From NCBI RefSeq assembly GCF_009914755.1, contig NC_060931.1: a stretch of 64,000 nucleotides of DNA; one strand, written 5' to 3'. A program made the translations under genes and the position numbers. The stretch's first letter is position 1; every line of letters starts with the position of its first letter. The stretch is from the human T2T-CHM13v2.0 reference genome, Homo sapiens. The notes below the pieces were generated by a model, which worked only from the letters and a program-made list of their open reading frames with translations, was not told the origin of the DNA and searched no databases. Positions 18,438 to 31,116 of this stretch are shown piece by piece.

Positions 18438-19699
18438 AAGTTGAATTATTTTAAAGCAAAAGATATATATGTTTCCAACAAGGGATATATGTGTTTCCAA
18501 CAAGGGTGTATGTGTCCTTTTGTACATATCTCCGCACCCTCGCATCCTCGTGTAAGTACATTTAGAAAAACAATTCCTGGAAATGGATAGCTGGGTCAAA
18601 GAGTATGCCAGCAATAGTCCTAATCACTCTGTTAAATGGTTAATCATTATGTTACCACCTCTTTTATTCTAACCTGTCCTAGATTAATGACTGCTACAAT
18701 TCCTCTCATTTATTTGCTAAAACATATTACCCATTCTTTAAATTTTGACTGTGATTGTTGGAGTCATTCCACTGTAGAAAAGTTAGAAGTTTCTCCTGAG
18801 CTCTTATAAAGTTGTTTTCTTGTACAAGAATAATTTTCCTGACTCCCTTTTTGCATATCTACTGCCAATTTTTGATACTGATGTTTTCATTTGTGTTCAA
18901 TAGAAAAAGAAATCTCTGACCAATTACTCTGGCATTTGGTGATATCTTCAGTTAAGCATTTAAAAATATACTCCAAAACACCACCAACCTGAAATGTGTT
19001 ATTCCATTTTCCAGAGACTCTAAGTTTTAGACTTAATCATCAAAAGTTTTTATATTTTATTTAAATGTTAGGCATGAAAATCAGTCTTAATAGATTCTAT
19101 TGAGCATACCTGAATGTCTTCTTGGTTTCTCAAGACGATCATTAGGATGCCACTGTCATATATACATGATCTCAGAGAAGGTTTGCTCCTGCACTAAATG
19201 AACAAAAATGTCTTAAGTCCTTTGGTCAGCTTTGTACAGTTGGTTTTTAATTTCTCTCAACATGTCTCTTGATTGAGAGCTAACACACTGCTTGTTGTTT
19301 TCAGTAGACCTGTCTTTTCTTATCTCCTTTCTATGAGTAAATCATTTTATCAAGCTTATTTCCAATAAATAAACAAACAGATAAAAGGGACTCTAACAGA
19401 CTTCCTGTGAGTAAAGTGGCTAAGCTTTATGTGGTTCATGGACTTTGTAACATTTATTTTGTCTGCTTGCTGGTTTATTTTGCTATTTTCTGATTCCTAG
19501 CTATGTTCTAGAAAGACTACATAGTTGAGTTTTGGATTAATAAGATATATATGTTAATTATAACACTTAGAGAATCAGGATCATATAGTACCCCAAATAC
19601 AGATGTTTTTAAAAGTGCCAGAATATCAAAAGAAGATATAACTATATTCAAATATTAAAGCATCAAAGCATAATATACTTCCATGGTTCAAAATTTTAA

Positions 19700-21440
19700 A
19701 GGATACTTTGAAACACTTTTCTATCTGATCCTCCTCCCTCAAGGCAACCAATGTTATCACTTTCTTCTGTGTCTTTACAGAGGTAATTTTAAGCATATAC
19801 GTCTGCATAAGCAAATGCATACAAGCACATTTTCTTTTTGTACAAATGGTAGTATATCGAACATATGTCCTATGCAGTACAGATCATTGTATATTTATAC
19901 ATAAGACATTCTTGGTTCTTGTTTCCTTTTTTAATAACTCCAGATTATTCCACCAAATGGAATACATACATTATTTCCCTGTACACAATATCTAAATGAC
20001 AATTTCTAGAAGAGGAATTGCTAGGCCAAAGCGTAAAAGCATTTGTCACTTTAATATATATTACATAATTGCCCTTCATGCAGGCTATTACATTTTACAC
20101 TACCTATTTTCACGCAGTGTACTATAAAACTTTTTGACATTTGCCAGTTTAATAACTGAAAATAGTATCTTAATATGGCTTTAATTTTTATTGTTCTCCT
20201 TATGAATGAAGATGAAAATATTCTCACATGTGCTTATCTTTTGCCCATTTTTCTGCTGAGTAGTTTTATTTTTTTCTTATAGGAGCTTTTTACACATGAT
20301 GCAAACTAACCTTTTGTGATATGAGTTGAAATTGTTTTCTGGTGTTTTCGTGTGTCTGTTTACCTTGGGGTAGTATTAACCATAGCAAATTTTTAAAAAA
20401 TTCTTCATAAAGTCAATCTTCTATGACATCTGTGTTTTAAGTCATCCTAAGAAAGGTCTTACCCATTTTTATAAACATTCTTTTATTTCTTATGTTAAAT
20501 CTATGTTTTTTTTTTACATTTAAATATTTGACCCATTTTAAACAGCCTGGTATGACATAGGCAGTAATGGAATTAACTTTTGTTTTTTAGGTAGCTGCTA
20601 GTTTGTTTGACCATTTATTGAATAATTCATTTTTTCCCAATGATAGTACTGTTTACATTATAGCTATATAGTCTGTTTTACAGATGTAGTTATTCCTCAT
20701 TATGCTTCTATTTCAGAATGTTTTTGAAAATTTTTTGCTTGTTTATTTTTCCATAATAAAAAGTTTAATCTAAGCTGGGCACGATGGCTCACATGTGTAA
20801 TCCCAGCTATTCAGGCGGCTGAGGTGGGAGGATCACTTGAGTCCAGCAGTTCAAGTCTGTAGTGAGCTATGATCATGCCACTACACTCCAGCCTGGCTGA
20901 CAGAGCAAGACTCTGTCTCTAAAAATATAAATGAATGAAATAATGCATGAATAAAATGTAATCTGCTTCTCTAGATTTAAAAAATACTATTGATTTTTAA
21001 ATTGTGATTGTATCATTTTTATGGATACACTTAGAGGAGAATTGATATCTTTGTATTGTTTACTCCACCTTTCCATTTGCTCAAATCTACTTTTGTGTCT
21101 TTCAGGAGCATTTTTTTAAATGTCAATCTAGTTTAAATGTAAATCTTTACTTGTTAAGCTTATTCCTAATAATGTTATATTTCTTTGCTTTTGCTTTTGT
21201 AAATGAGGTTCTTTCCTTCCATTATATTTTCTAACTTAATGTGTTTTATATGTGAAGTCTTTTGACTCTCAATATAAATTTTGTGCCCAGCCACATTGGT
21301 TTTTTACTTTATTTTGTTGAGATTTCCAGATAAACAAATTATTTAAAATTCATGTTAATCTTTTTTTCTCCTCCTTTTTAACATCTTGGCCCTGCATTTT
21401 TTTTCTCTTGTCTAATTGCATAGGCTAACATGCCAGAAAT
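19700..21440 (-). mobile_element. Highly decayed old L1 (L1ME-like)
   Basis: T-rich antisense L1 motifs (ggaattgctaggccaaag; ttagaggagaattgatatcttt; ttgtctaattgcataggcta). Confidence 0.45.
20773..20925 (+). mobile_element. Free Alu monomer (FRAM/FAM-like)
   Basis: Single ~150-bp monomer 'ggaggatcacttgag..gtgagctatgatcatgccactacactccagcctgg'; AT-rich flanking repeat ending taatct. Confidence 0.85.
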
Positions 21441-22309
21441 TTTAATTAGTTTACATAGAGATGCAGTACATAAATTTAAATTGAAGATCTGTCATTACAT
21501 AAGACAAAGGGTATGTGTGTTATTATTTATTTTAGATTGGTCCATCCTCTCACCAGGAGCTCAGGCAGCTGTTAAACTCTGGAAAGAGAGCCTAAAAAAG
21601 ATAGGGGTATGGATAATGGAAGCCCTGCATAAATTCTAAGCAAAGTGGCAGAAAGCACTTTCTAACCCACCATCCTGCCTCGAGGGAGGGCAAAGACTGA
21701 TGTTAATGTCTTTGCTGACCTCTTCTGGCAAATCTGAAGTTAGCCAGAAGATGGAAGATTTGATTGGTTATTTTTTTCACTTCGATTTCATATGATCACA
21801 AAGTCCCTGGGTTTGCCTGATTCGCCTGTTTGAAAAGATTTTTCAATATCCCAGAAGTTGTTTTTAAAGTCCACACTTTCTTTAACCTCTCAGTATTCTT
21901 CTTTTCTTCCTCCTCTTTTATAAAATATTCAAAGCTTTATCTCCCTTCCTTCTCTCACATTTTTGGCTGTTCAAATATCTCTTATCCACCATTATCTTCC
22001 CCAATTGACTTTATTTCTGAGCTCCAAATTCATGCAGTCCTTGGAAACAGGGCAAATAAATGGGAAGTCAGTTTGCATGTGAAAACTGATCAGCTTGGCT
22101 GGAACAGTTTCAGTGGACAGTGGCAAGGAGAATCCAACTTGCTGCGGATTAAAAAAAAATGCATGGGAAGTATGGAAATAATAACAGTGGGTATGTACTT
22201 GTATTTCAAAAGCTTTGCAGGAAAGGAGATATAAGATTGGATGGTAACGTAATGGTTAAACAAGGATAAGAAAAGGGCATTCGTTCATTCATTCACTCAT
22301 TGTTTAGGG

Positions 22310-22739
22310 TGTGCAGTGGCCCTGCAAATGCCCCTCTCACATCTCTAACGACAGGGAGCATAGCTGACTGGCAGCCCTAGCTGCTATGCTCCAAAATCCT
22401 TCTCATGTCTTAGTTAGGTCATGCTTCCCACAGACTGCTCCTAGCTAATGACTGTGGCTGGCAGGGAGCCACTCAGGTAAGCAATGTAAACTCAAGAAGA
22501 ACTCGGTGCACTTGTTGGACTTTGTTAGAGCTGCACTGCAATCGCAGACTCTTCCACTCAGTCTTCCCACCTTGACTCTCTCCTTCATAATGCTCACGCC
22601 CCCATCACTATCTGATGGCTCTCGCTGCCTTCCCAATGCCAGGCTTCTTCCTTCTTCTCCCTCTGTATTTTCCCAAAGAAATTGCTCAGACTTCTGATCC
22701 TGCTGGGTGTCTCCTTCTTGGAAGACTCAGCCTACCACA
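22310..22739 (+). mobile_element. ERVL LTR16-like solo LTR
   Basis: tg...ca termini and 'tgtctccttcttggaagactcagcctaccaca' end; similar to the reverse complement of the 10768 element. Confidence 0.55.
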
Positions 22740-23474
22740 GAGTGGAATAGCCTGGAGCAGGTTTGTAGGGTAAGAGTAGAGGTGAGAAAAGAGTGCTTTA
22801 CTTCCCATTTCTCAATTGCAGATTTCTTCCCAAATTTTCTAGTCTTTGTCTGTCTGCCAGACTGGTGTGCTGCTGTCTTGCTACACCTTCCCGTCTTTGC
22901 ATTTTCCTGATGTGACCCTTTACCTTGTCCCAATTCTGAACTTTCTATCTAGCTTTCAACCTAGGTAGACCAAAGGCATCTGAGCAACATCGGTGTACTC
23001 CGAGGAAGGCAGCCATCTTCTCCTAGGGTTTTGTTTCGGCTGCTGAAATATTGCCCTCTTGTGGTTGCCTCTATAATGACATATGAAAATTAACATTTTC
23101 ATATGTCATAGAATTTCAAGGCCACAAGAAATAGGCATTTAGTACCAAAATAATTTAAAGAAGTGCCAGACACAGATCTGTAAGACATTAAAAATGCCAT
23201 GACAATCCATTGGCCTTTGTTTCACCAGCAACCCATGCTATAAAGAAAAAGAGTGTTTACTAGAGGGAGGAAATTCACGGGAGTAGAGTTTTATAGCTCC
23301 TTCTCCCACATGCCCTAGGCAAGGAAAGGCCGTCTCCAAGAGGCTTAGGTCCTTTACTTATCCTATAGAAGTTAGGTCTGTTTCTTAGCCACTTCCTGGT
23401 TGAACACAAAGTCCCAGAAGACCCACCCTGGTGCCCCTAGGGGAGTGACATGGTGAGAGAAACTCAGGAAGCAA

Positions 23475-23970
23475 TGTAGCCAAACCCAGGTTCAGCTGCT
23501 CACTGCTCAAAAGCCCAGCATGAGACACGAATTGGTGGGAGGAAAAGCATGTTCATTCGGAGAGCCAGCAAACCGAGACGATGATGGAATTGCATCTTAA
23601 AGTACCATCTTAAGTCGGTACAAATTGTACCCTTTTTATGTTAATGCTGGAGGAGGAGGAGGGGGTTGGGATGGAGAGGTGACCAATGACCTCAGACATC
23701 CGGGCACCAGCGAGGGTCTGAGGAGGCGGGGAACTTTCTTGTCTTCGGTCAGGTCATGATGCTCCTATAAATCTTTAACAAAACTTCATGCAATTGTTTA
23801 CATAAGTCTCCTTTAATCCCAGAGTTAGTTTTTAAAACTACATGATTGCCGTTTTTGCGTAATATCTCAGTGCTCTAAAATTATCCTAGCCTACATGCAG
23901 GCATGGGTAAAGGTCCCTGAAACAAAAATGGAGTTAGTTATGTTAGTTCTCTTGCTGTTTCACTGTTACA
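23475..23970 (-). mobile_element. ERV1 (MER4-group) solo LTR
   Basis: TG...CA termini, 4-bp TSD GCAA (23471-23474 / 23971-23974) and 'aaaatggagttagttatgttag' MER4-group motif. Confidence 0.85.
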
Positions 23971-26399
23971 GCAATGAACACCTACCTTCAGAGTCTGAGA
24001 GAGCAAAGAGTCCTCTTGCCTTATTAGTGGGAAGTTATGATAGCAAGCTGGTATTCCTATCATTGATAGGGCAAAAGGGGCCACGTGGATGCCATGGGAA
24101 TGATGAACCTTGGTGAAGGTTCCTGGCCCAAAAGTGGTACCTCCTCAAATGAGACCCCAGCACTGAGAGGCTGTAAGTTTAACAAGCACAGGAATTGAAG
24201 GGGATCACAAGGCAATGTGAAATGCAGGTGTTCCTACAAGGTATCTAAAGAATCCACAAATGCACCCAGTAAGAAAGATACCGTTTGGATGCTTGCCCCG
24301 CAAAAGGGCATCAGCAGCTAGGGATGGGACAAACAGCTCCAGGCAAGTGAAGAGACATCATCCCCTTCCCCTTGACCTCCTCTTCCCTGTCTTAATACCA
24401 TAGGATCCAGGCAAAGATGGGGGATTGGAGTAGATGAGTAAGGAGGAGTGAAAAGAGCAAACCATTTCTGCTCTCCACCTGCAGGTCTCTAAATAGCCAG
24501 TCAGCTCTGATCAGTGGAAAAGAAGTTCTTTAAATTGGATTCAATATTGAAGTTCTAATATAGATTGAAAAGCACAGTTTAACACCTGATAATGGGTCTT
24601 CATGAACACTATGAAGGCATTTTTAAGCAAAGCAAGGAAAATTACAGGATCTGCCCTAAATGTGACAGGGGAAGGACAGGGAGATCTGATGGAGCCTGTT
24701 GGAGGCAAAGAGAGAGGGAAAAATAAGGTTTTGTCCTATTTCTATCCCATTGAATTTAGCACATTTAATAAATCGACTACACACACCTTAAAACGTCCTT
24801 ACATAATACAGGATGAATGAAAAGGTTCTGCCAATGAAGTGAATTGAAGTATTGTCAGGGCCCTTTAAGGGAACCCTATATCTTATTCCTAGTTCATGTC
24901 ACTCCTCTTTAGGGACAAGGATCTTCCAGTGCCTGGGGCTTCTCTAATTTTGTGGACGTCAAATTGTGTAACCCTTATAACCCTTACAGATTCCTGTATT
25001 CCCTAAGGCCACTCTTAAGGAGCTCATACAGGGAACAGACAGATTTCTTCTTCTCTTGATCTCAAAAAGCATTGCTCGTGATCGTTTTTGATACTTCAAG
25101 ACTGCCATATTCTTTCGGATCTGGCCAATGCTGTGTACGTTCAGGAGCATGAAAAGCATATTGTTGCATTTCAACATCACATATAATTTTAAAACTAGTT
25201 AGTTACAATAAATTAATGGTTGCTTGGCAACCAAAGAGCTGAGGTTTTGAAAGGAAGTACTCTATTACTGTTCAAATTAGAACAGCAAGACTTGTTGAAA
25301 TATTCTGAGTTCTGTTGAATTCCTTATGATGGAACCAAACCCAGGGAAAAACAAGGGAACACTCACATTTTACAGCTCAGTTAATTTTAGGAGAGTAGAG
25401 AGGAAGTAAATTGCATCTCATCTCCTAGCTTGGGTTGGAACTGCCCAATTTAAGAACAAGTACTAATTAGCTGAAAGTAAAGCTCAGCTGTGACTTGGCT
25501 AAAAATGGGACCTCTTGCAAAAATGTACTTAAAACTGCGTGTGATAGATCTGATTCACTTTGCATGTGAAAACTGGACTCATACTGACAAAACAACGTGT
25601 GGGGGAAAGAGTTTGGGAGCATTTTTAAGACTTCAAGATGTTTGTTAGAGAAATGACCATCTAGTTTGCCCATAATGTAACCAGAAATAAAATCCAAACT
25701 GACATTTTGGCCCAGAGTCTTGATGAGTATCTCTAGCCAACATTCACTTGGTTGGCTAATGGTCAATCTAATAACCAAGAAATAGAACTGGATATCAGAA
25801 CAACAGTTTTGATAAAATAAAGGAAAGGAAGACAGGCTGGATAATTCGGAGCTTTCTAACAGGGTTTTGGAAATGTGCATAAAGTTTTGGAGAAAATTTA
25901 ACCAATCGTTTTGAAGCCTTCCATTAGTAGCAACTCAAAACTATTCAAAAGACTGAATGGTGAATTAACTCATTTTATTTTGAAACTCCTCTGTGCTTAG
26001 CTTTTGACTGAATTTAAATTTCTGTTGGAGCAAGCTAAGTTGTTTTAATTTTGATGTTCAAGTCAATTAACCTCTTATTGTGACTTTTTGCCTTAGTTAT
26101 ACAAATAAAATTTTATATAATGTTGGAGACTCAATCATTTTGATGCTGACATTTCTTAATCCTACACATGGTCACATACCCTGGAAAGATATACAAGGCT
26201 CTGAAAACACAGCTGCCACGGGGAAGTGAGATTGGATGGCTGGGAAAGAGATTGCTTTTCATGTTATTTGTTTTCACGTGGTCCTATACTTGTGTACTTT
26301 TTGAACTTTATGCCATATGAATTTATTAATAATTTGACAAATCAATTTAAAACCAACTTTAAAATCAAATTTCAAATGCATGTGGTTCAAAGAAAAGCA

Positions 26400-26560
26400 C
26401 CATGATAGAATTGAAAGAACAGGATCTGGAATTAGGGACCTGAATTTGAATCTCCTCTTGGCGTTTGTGTAGTTAGGAGAACTCGGGCAAGTTACCTGAC
26501 ATCTCTGAATCCCTGTTTTCCTTATCCTTAACGTGGGACAGAGTATTTAATTTACATGGT
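26400..26560 (+). mobile_element. MIR
   Basis: MIR core 'gggcaagttacctgacatctctgaatccctgttttccttatc'. Confidence 0.7.
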
Positions 26561-26895
26561 TTGGTGAGGACAAGGCAGGTAATATCTCTCTGACAGACCT
26601 ACTTCATGGCATGTGCTCCATGGACTGGTTATATTATTGGTAGCATTCAATATATTCAGTAAAAACAGTATAATGTGTGCCTTCTGTAATCCCCAAGGAG
26701 ACAGTAAATGTGTTGGTAACATCCCAGTTAAATGCGTACCTGAGAACAGGATTTTCCCAGACATAGCAACATGGGTTTACAGTTTTAACCATTTCACCAA
26801 CCTCTGCCCCAGGCTCTTCTGGAGGGAATCAACACAGCATTGAATCCCTTTCAATTAACCTTTCTTCTTAAGATCATAGTTCTATCAAACTTTTA

Positions 26896-27312
<417 letters not shown>

Positions 27313-27492
27313 TCAGAATGTCTCTTATTTTTGTTTCAAGTTTTCAAAAAATTGTCCCCGATATTTTCGATCTTTTGTGTTTTTTACTCTCCCCCTCACT
27401 CTGGCAATAAGCACAGGCTCTGCCCCCTTTCTCCCTTCATCCTCCGGGGAACAGGCTTTGCAGTCGGAGGCCTGAGCGCCCCGGTACCTCCG

Positions 27493-27526
27493 CTGCACTA
27501 CGTAGAGCTGCCACCAGGTGGAGCTG
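27493..27526 (+). promoter_or_regulatory. CTCF binding site (core plus upstream motif)
   Basis: CTGCACTAC-gtagag-CTGCCACCAGGTGGAGCTG in a locally CpG-retaining, non-repeat patch. Confidence 0.7.
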
Positions 27527-28239
27527 AATCCACACCTCTGAGACCGCACACGCCTCTGACACTTGGCATCGTGGCCTCTCTGGGTCCTGATTCTTTGGAA
27601 GGTAGGCGGTAACAACAAACTGTTAATAAAAATTAATTAACTTGGAAAATGAGAAAAATACAATGATAGCAGAAACTATCTCAAGCAAAAATCATTTCAT
27701 ATAATCTCGTCGCTGTAATTAGCAGCATCCACGGAAGACGGTGGCTTCCTCTCATATAGATCCAGTTTAATACCCCAGGCTCAGCCCATTAGTCTCTCCT
27801 TCACCTCATTCGTTCTGCAGTGTGTTCCTCTGAGCGCCTCATAGTCACACATCTGCAGGCAGTGCACAATGCCTTTTGCACACGGTCGAGGTCCTTGAAC
27901 TGAGTACTTTGTGCATGCTATTGGCCTGGAGATTACACAGGCTGCAGAACATGGCTGGCTTGGGAAAGGCAGCACACGGTGGCTACCAAACTCCTTCAGC
28001 GGCAGAATTCCCCTAACAAATTGTGAGAATCCCCCACTTGACGCTAAAAGTTATTAAATGGATCCTTTTTATCCCTTCGTTGAGAAAATTCATGCAATAC
28101 AAAAATTGCAAAATCAGCAATACTCTTCAATGGGTGGGCATTTTCTTTGTAAGAGCATCAGCTGCATACGCTTGAATGTAGCCAGTATTATTTAGTCAGC
28201 GCATTGGCAGTGGTTTGTGAGCACCTCACAATAGTGGCT

Positions 28240-28400
28240 GGGAAACCTCAGGGTAGCTCTTTGGCATCAGCTAGAACCAAGTTGAAATACAATTTCTGTC
28301 ACTTTCAAGATGTTTCTTAACCTCTGTGGCCCTCACGCTCTTCACCTGTAAAGTGGAGATAATAACCTTTTCTTAGCAAGGCTATTGTATTATAAATAAT
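28240..28400 (+). mobile_element. MIR, interrupted by an L1
   Basis: 'cttaacctctgtggccctcacgctcttcacctgtaaagtggagataataa'. Confidence 0.65.
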
Positions 28401-28407
28401 GTGTGTG

Positions 28408-28700
28408 ATGGATGAAACTGGAGGTCATTATCTTAAGTGAAACAACCAAGACACAGAAAGACAAATACTGCATGTTCTCATTTATAATTGGGAGTTAAAT
28501 GATGTGCTCACAGAGTGTGGAATAATAGACAATGAAAACTCAGAAGAGTGGGGAGGAAAAGAAGGATGGATGATGGGAAATTACTTAATAGGTACAATAA
28601 ACATTACTTGAGAGATGGATACCCTAAAAGCCCTAACTACTATGCAATCTATGCATTTAACAAAATTATCTCCTAAATTTAATACAATTTTTTAAAAAAA
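28408..28700 (+). mobile_element. L1PB4-like 3' end
   Basis: 'gatggataccctaaaagcccta..tatgcaatctatgcat' 3'UTR, A tail and TSD aataatgt[g/a]tg. Confidence 0.85.
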
Positions 28701-30134
28701 GCAATAATGTATGCAATGTCTTCATCATGACGGCTGGAAGTATGTTGTCAGTAATGGTAGTCATTATTGCTAAAAGCTAAGTTTCACTCCTAAGCAGCTT
28801 TGCTGTTTCTGTGGTATTTAGAGTCTCTCCCATCCTTGCCTACTGGACCCCAGCTTTTCTGCCCTAGTGTCAGCCAGCTGAGCTAGTGTCCCCCGGAATT
28901 TGCATGCATGAACTCTCCCTAGCTCCACCAGCCCCTGCCTCTGTTCCTTGTTCCCCAGCCCTGACTTTGTGAATCTTCCTTTCACGGCCTCAAGTCGTCT
29001 CCAGTTCTGCTCTAAGCTGAATCATCCTTTCTAATGTATAGTCCTTTCTTCCTTACTCAGTCCCCAAGTCTCCTTCCATCTGTCTCTGTCCCTCCACACA
29101 TTGAATGGTCTTCAGTTACCTTGATATCTACTCACATGTCTCTCCATCTTCCCCATCTCTCCAATTTCCCACTCAAATTTATATCAACACATCATACATT
29201 TATTTTAGCTCAAGGGAAAAAAATATAAATATAATCCATATAAATAAGACACTGGCCCATTTACATCATTAGACAAGTCATTCTTTCTAATTATTTTTTT
29301 CATCTGAAACTTCTTCTAACACCTTAATTTTGCACGCTGACTTTAGAAGTGTTTACTTGTATATTTCAACTCGTAACGCCGCATGGTCTACGCATACAGC
29401 TTATACTCTCGCTCCCCCCATCACACACAACATTCTAGAAGCATTACTCACCATAATACCACCTTTCTTTCTAGAAAGGCCCAAAAATCACTGCTGCAAC
29501 ATTTTTGATCTGGGCCTCTTCTCTCTTAACATGGCCTGGGTCTCGAGCTTTCTGCAAAGCAGCAGATCTTCGTACACACAGGGGAACAGAGCGGCAGTCA
29601 AAAGGCTTGATCAGGCAGCTGTCCGCTGCACTGTGGCCCCTGCCTCACCCCAGGTTTCTGCTTCTGTCGTGCCCAGCCTGCCCTTGGAAGGGCTGGGTAA
29701 TCTTACTTTGAGTTTGTAGTCTTGCTTATAGATTAATGAACAGACTCCTTCATTTATCAACATTCACTTATTTATGTTTCCTTCCTTTCATATTTTAGTT
29801 ACACTTTCTGCACCCTGGGAAATTCTTTTTAGGATCTGACTATGAATCTTCCTCTATTTCCATTGGTTCCCTGAGCAATCTAACCAACTTGCAATCTTTG
29901 TTACTGTTAATTTGCCTATGACATATAGATATATATATTATTATATACATATTCTTTCCCTTGCACCTTTTCCTATTACATATATATTTTTATGTGTATC
30001 ATATATAACACATATATATGTATTATATCTATAATATATGTTATATATAATATCCTATGAAAATATATATGGATCATATATATATAATAGGAAAAGGCGT
30101 AAGGGAAGGGAAAATAATCCATATATGTTTTCTT

Positions 30135-30472
<338 letters not shown>

Positions 30473-30635
30473 CTACCTTCTGTTTTGTCATTCAGCAGAC
30501 CCAAGCTCAATTCCTAGCACGGACATGACTAACCATGTAACCAATGATTTATTGTCCAAATTCAAAGAAAAAAGAAATCCAAAGATCAAAGAAAAGTGTA
30601 GATGATCTCAGATGGCTCTTCCACCTCTGAAGCTT

Positions 30636-31116
30636 ATGGCCAGATGTGAACCTGCTCCTTTAAATGTGAACCTCCTCCTTATGGCCGGATGTGAACCTGC
30701 TCCTTAAATGTGAACCTCCTCTTTATGGCCGGATGTGAACCTGCTCCTTAAATGTGAACCTGCTCCTTAAATGTGAACCTGCTCCTTATGGCCAGATGTG
30801 AACCTGCTCCTTTAAATGTGAACCTCCTCCTTATGGCCGGATGTGAACCTGCTCCTTAAATGTGAACCTGCTCCTTAAATGTGAACCTGCTCCTTATGGC
30901 CAGATGTGATCCTGCTCCTTTAAATGTGAACCTCCTCTTTATGGCCGGATGTGAACCTGCTCCTTAAATGTGAACCTGCTCCTTAAACGTGAACCTGCTC
31001 CTTATGGCCAGATGTGAACCTGCTCCTTTAAATGTGAACCTCCTCCTTATGGCCGGATGTGAACTTGCTCCTTAAATGTGAACCTGCTCCTTATGGCCAG
31101 ATGTGAACCTGCTCCT
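30636..31116. repeat. Minisatellite/VNTR: 22 copies of 17-bp core ATGTGAACCTGCTCCTT with 2-, 3- or 8-bp linkers
   Basis: Parsed directly into units of 25, 20 and 19 bp that sum to 481 bp. Confidence 0.97.

Noticed and set aside
18462-18505. 22-bp tandem duplication, with similar ones near 4943, 39187 and 58582
   Set aside because: Ordinary local slippage events with no sign of function.
21690-21752. Two-hairpin structure as an H/ACA snoRNA
   Set aside because: The hinge lacks an ANANNA box, there is no terminal ACA, and the hairpins are too short.
25467-25880. 137-aa minus-strand ORF and possible decayed coding sequence on plus
   Set aside because: No recognisable domain, and stop density on plus is about what AT-rich random sequence gives.
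27350-28080. CpG-island promoter of an unknown gene
   Set aside because: Too short and too CpG-sparse for an island, and the overlapping ORFs are uninformative. A CTCF-bound hypomethylated patch explains it better.
30636-31116. CRISPR-like array (17-bp repeats with spacers)
   Set aside because: The spacers are 2-8 bp and themselves repeated, there are no cas genes, and the context is mammalian. It is a minisatellite.
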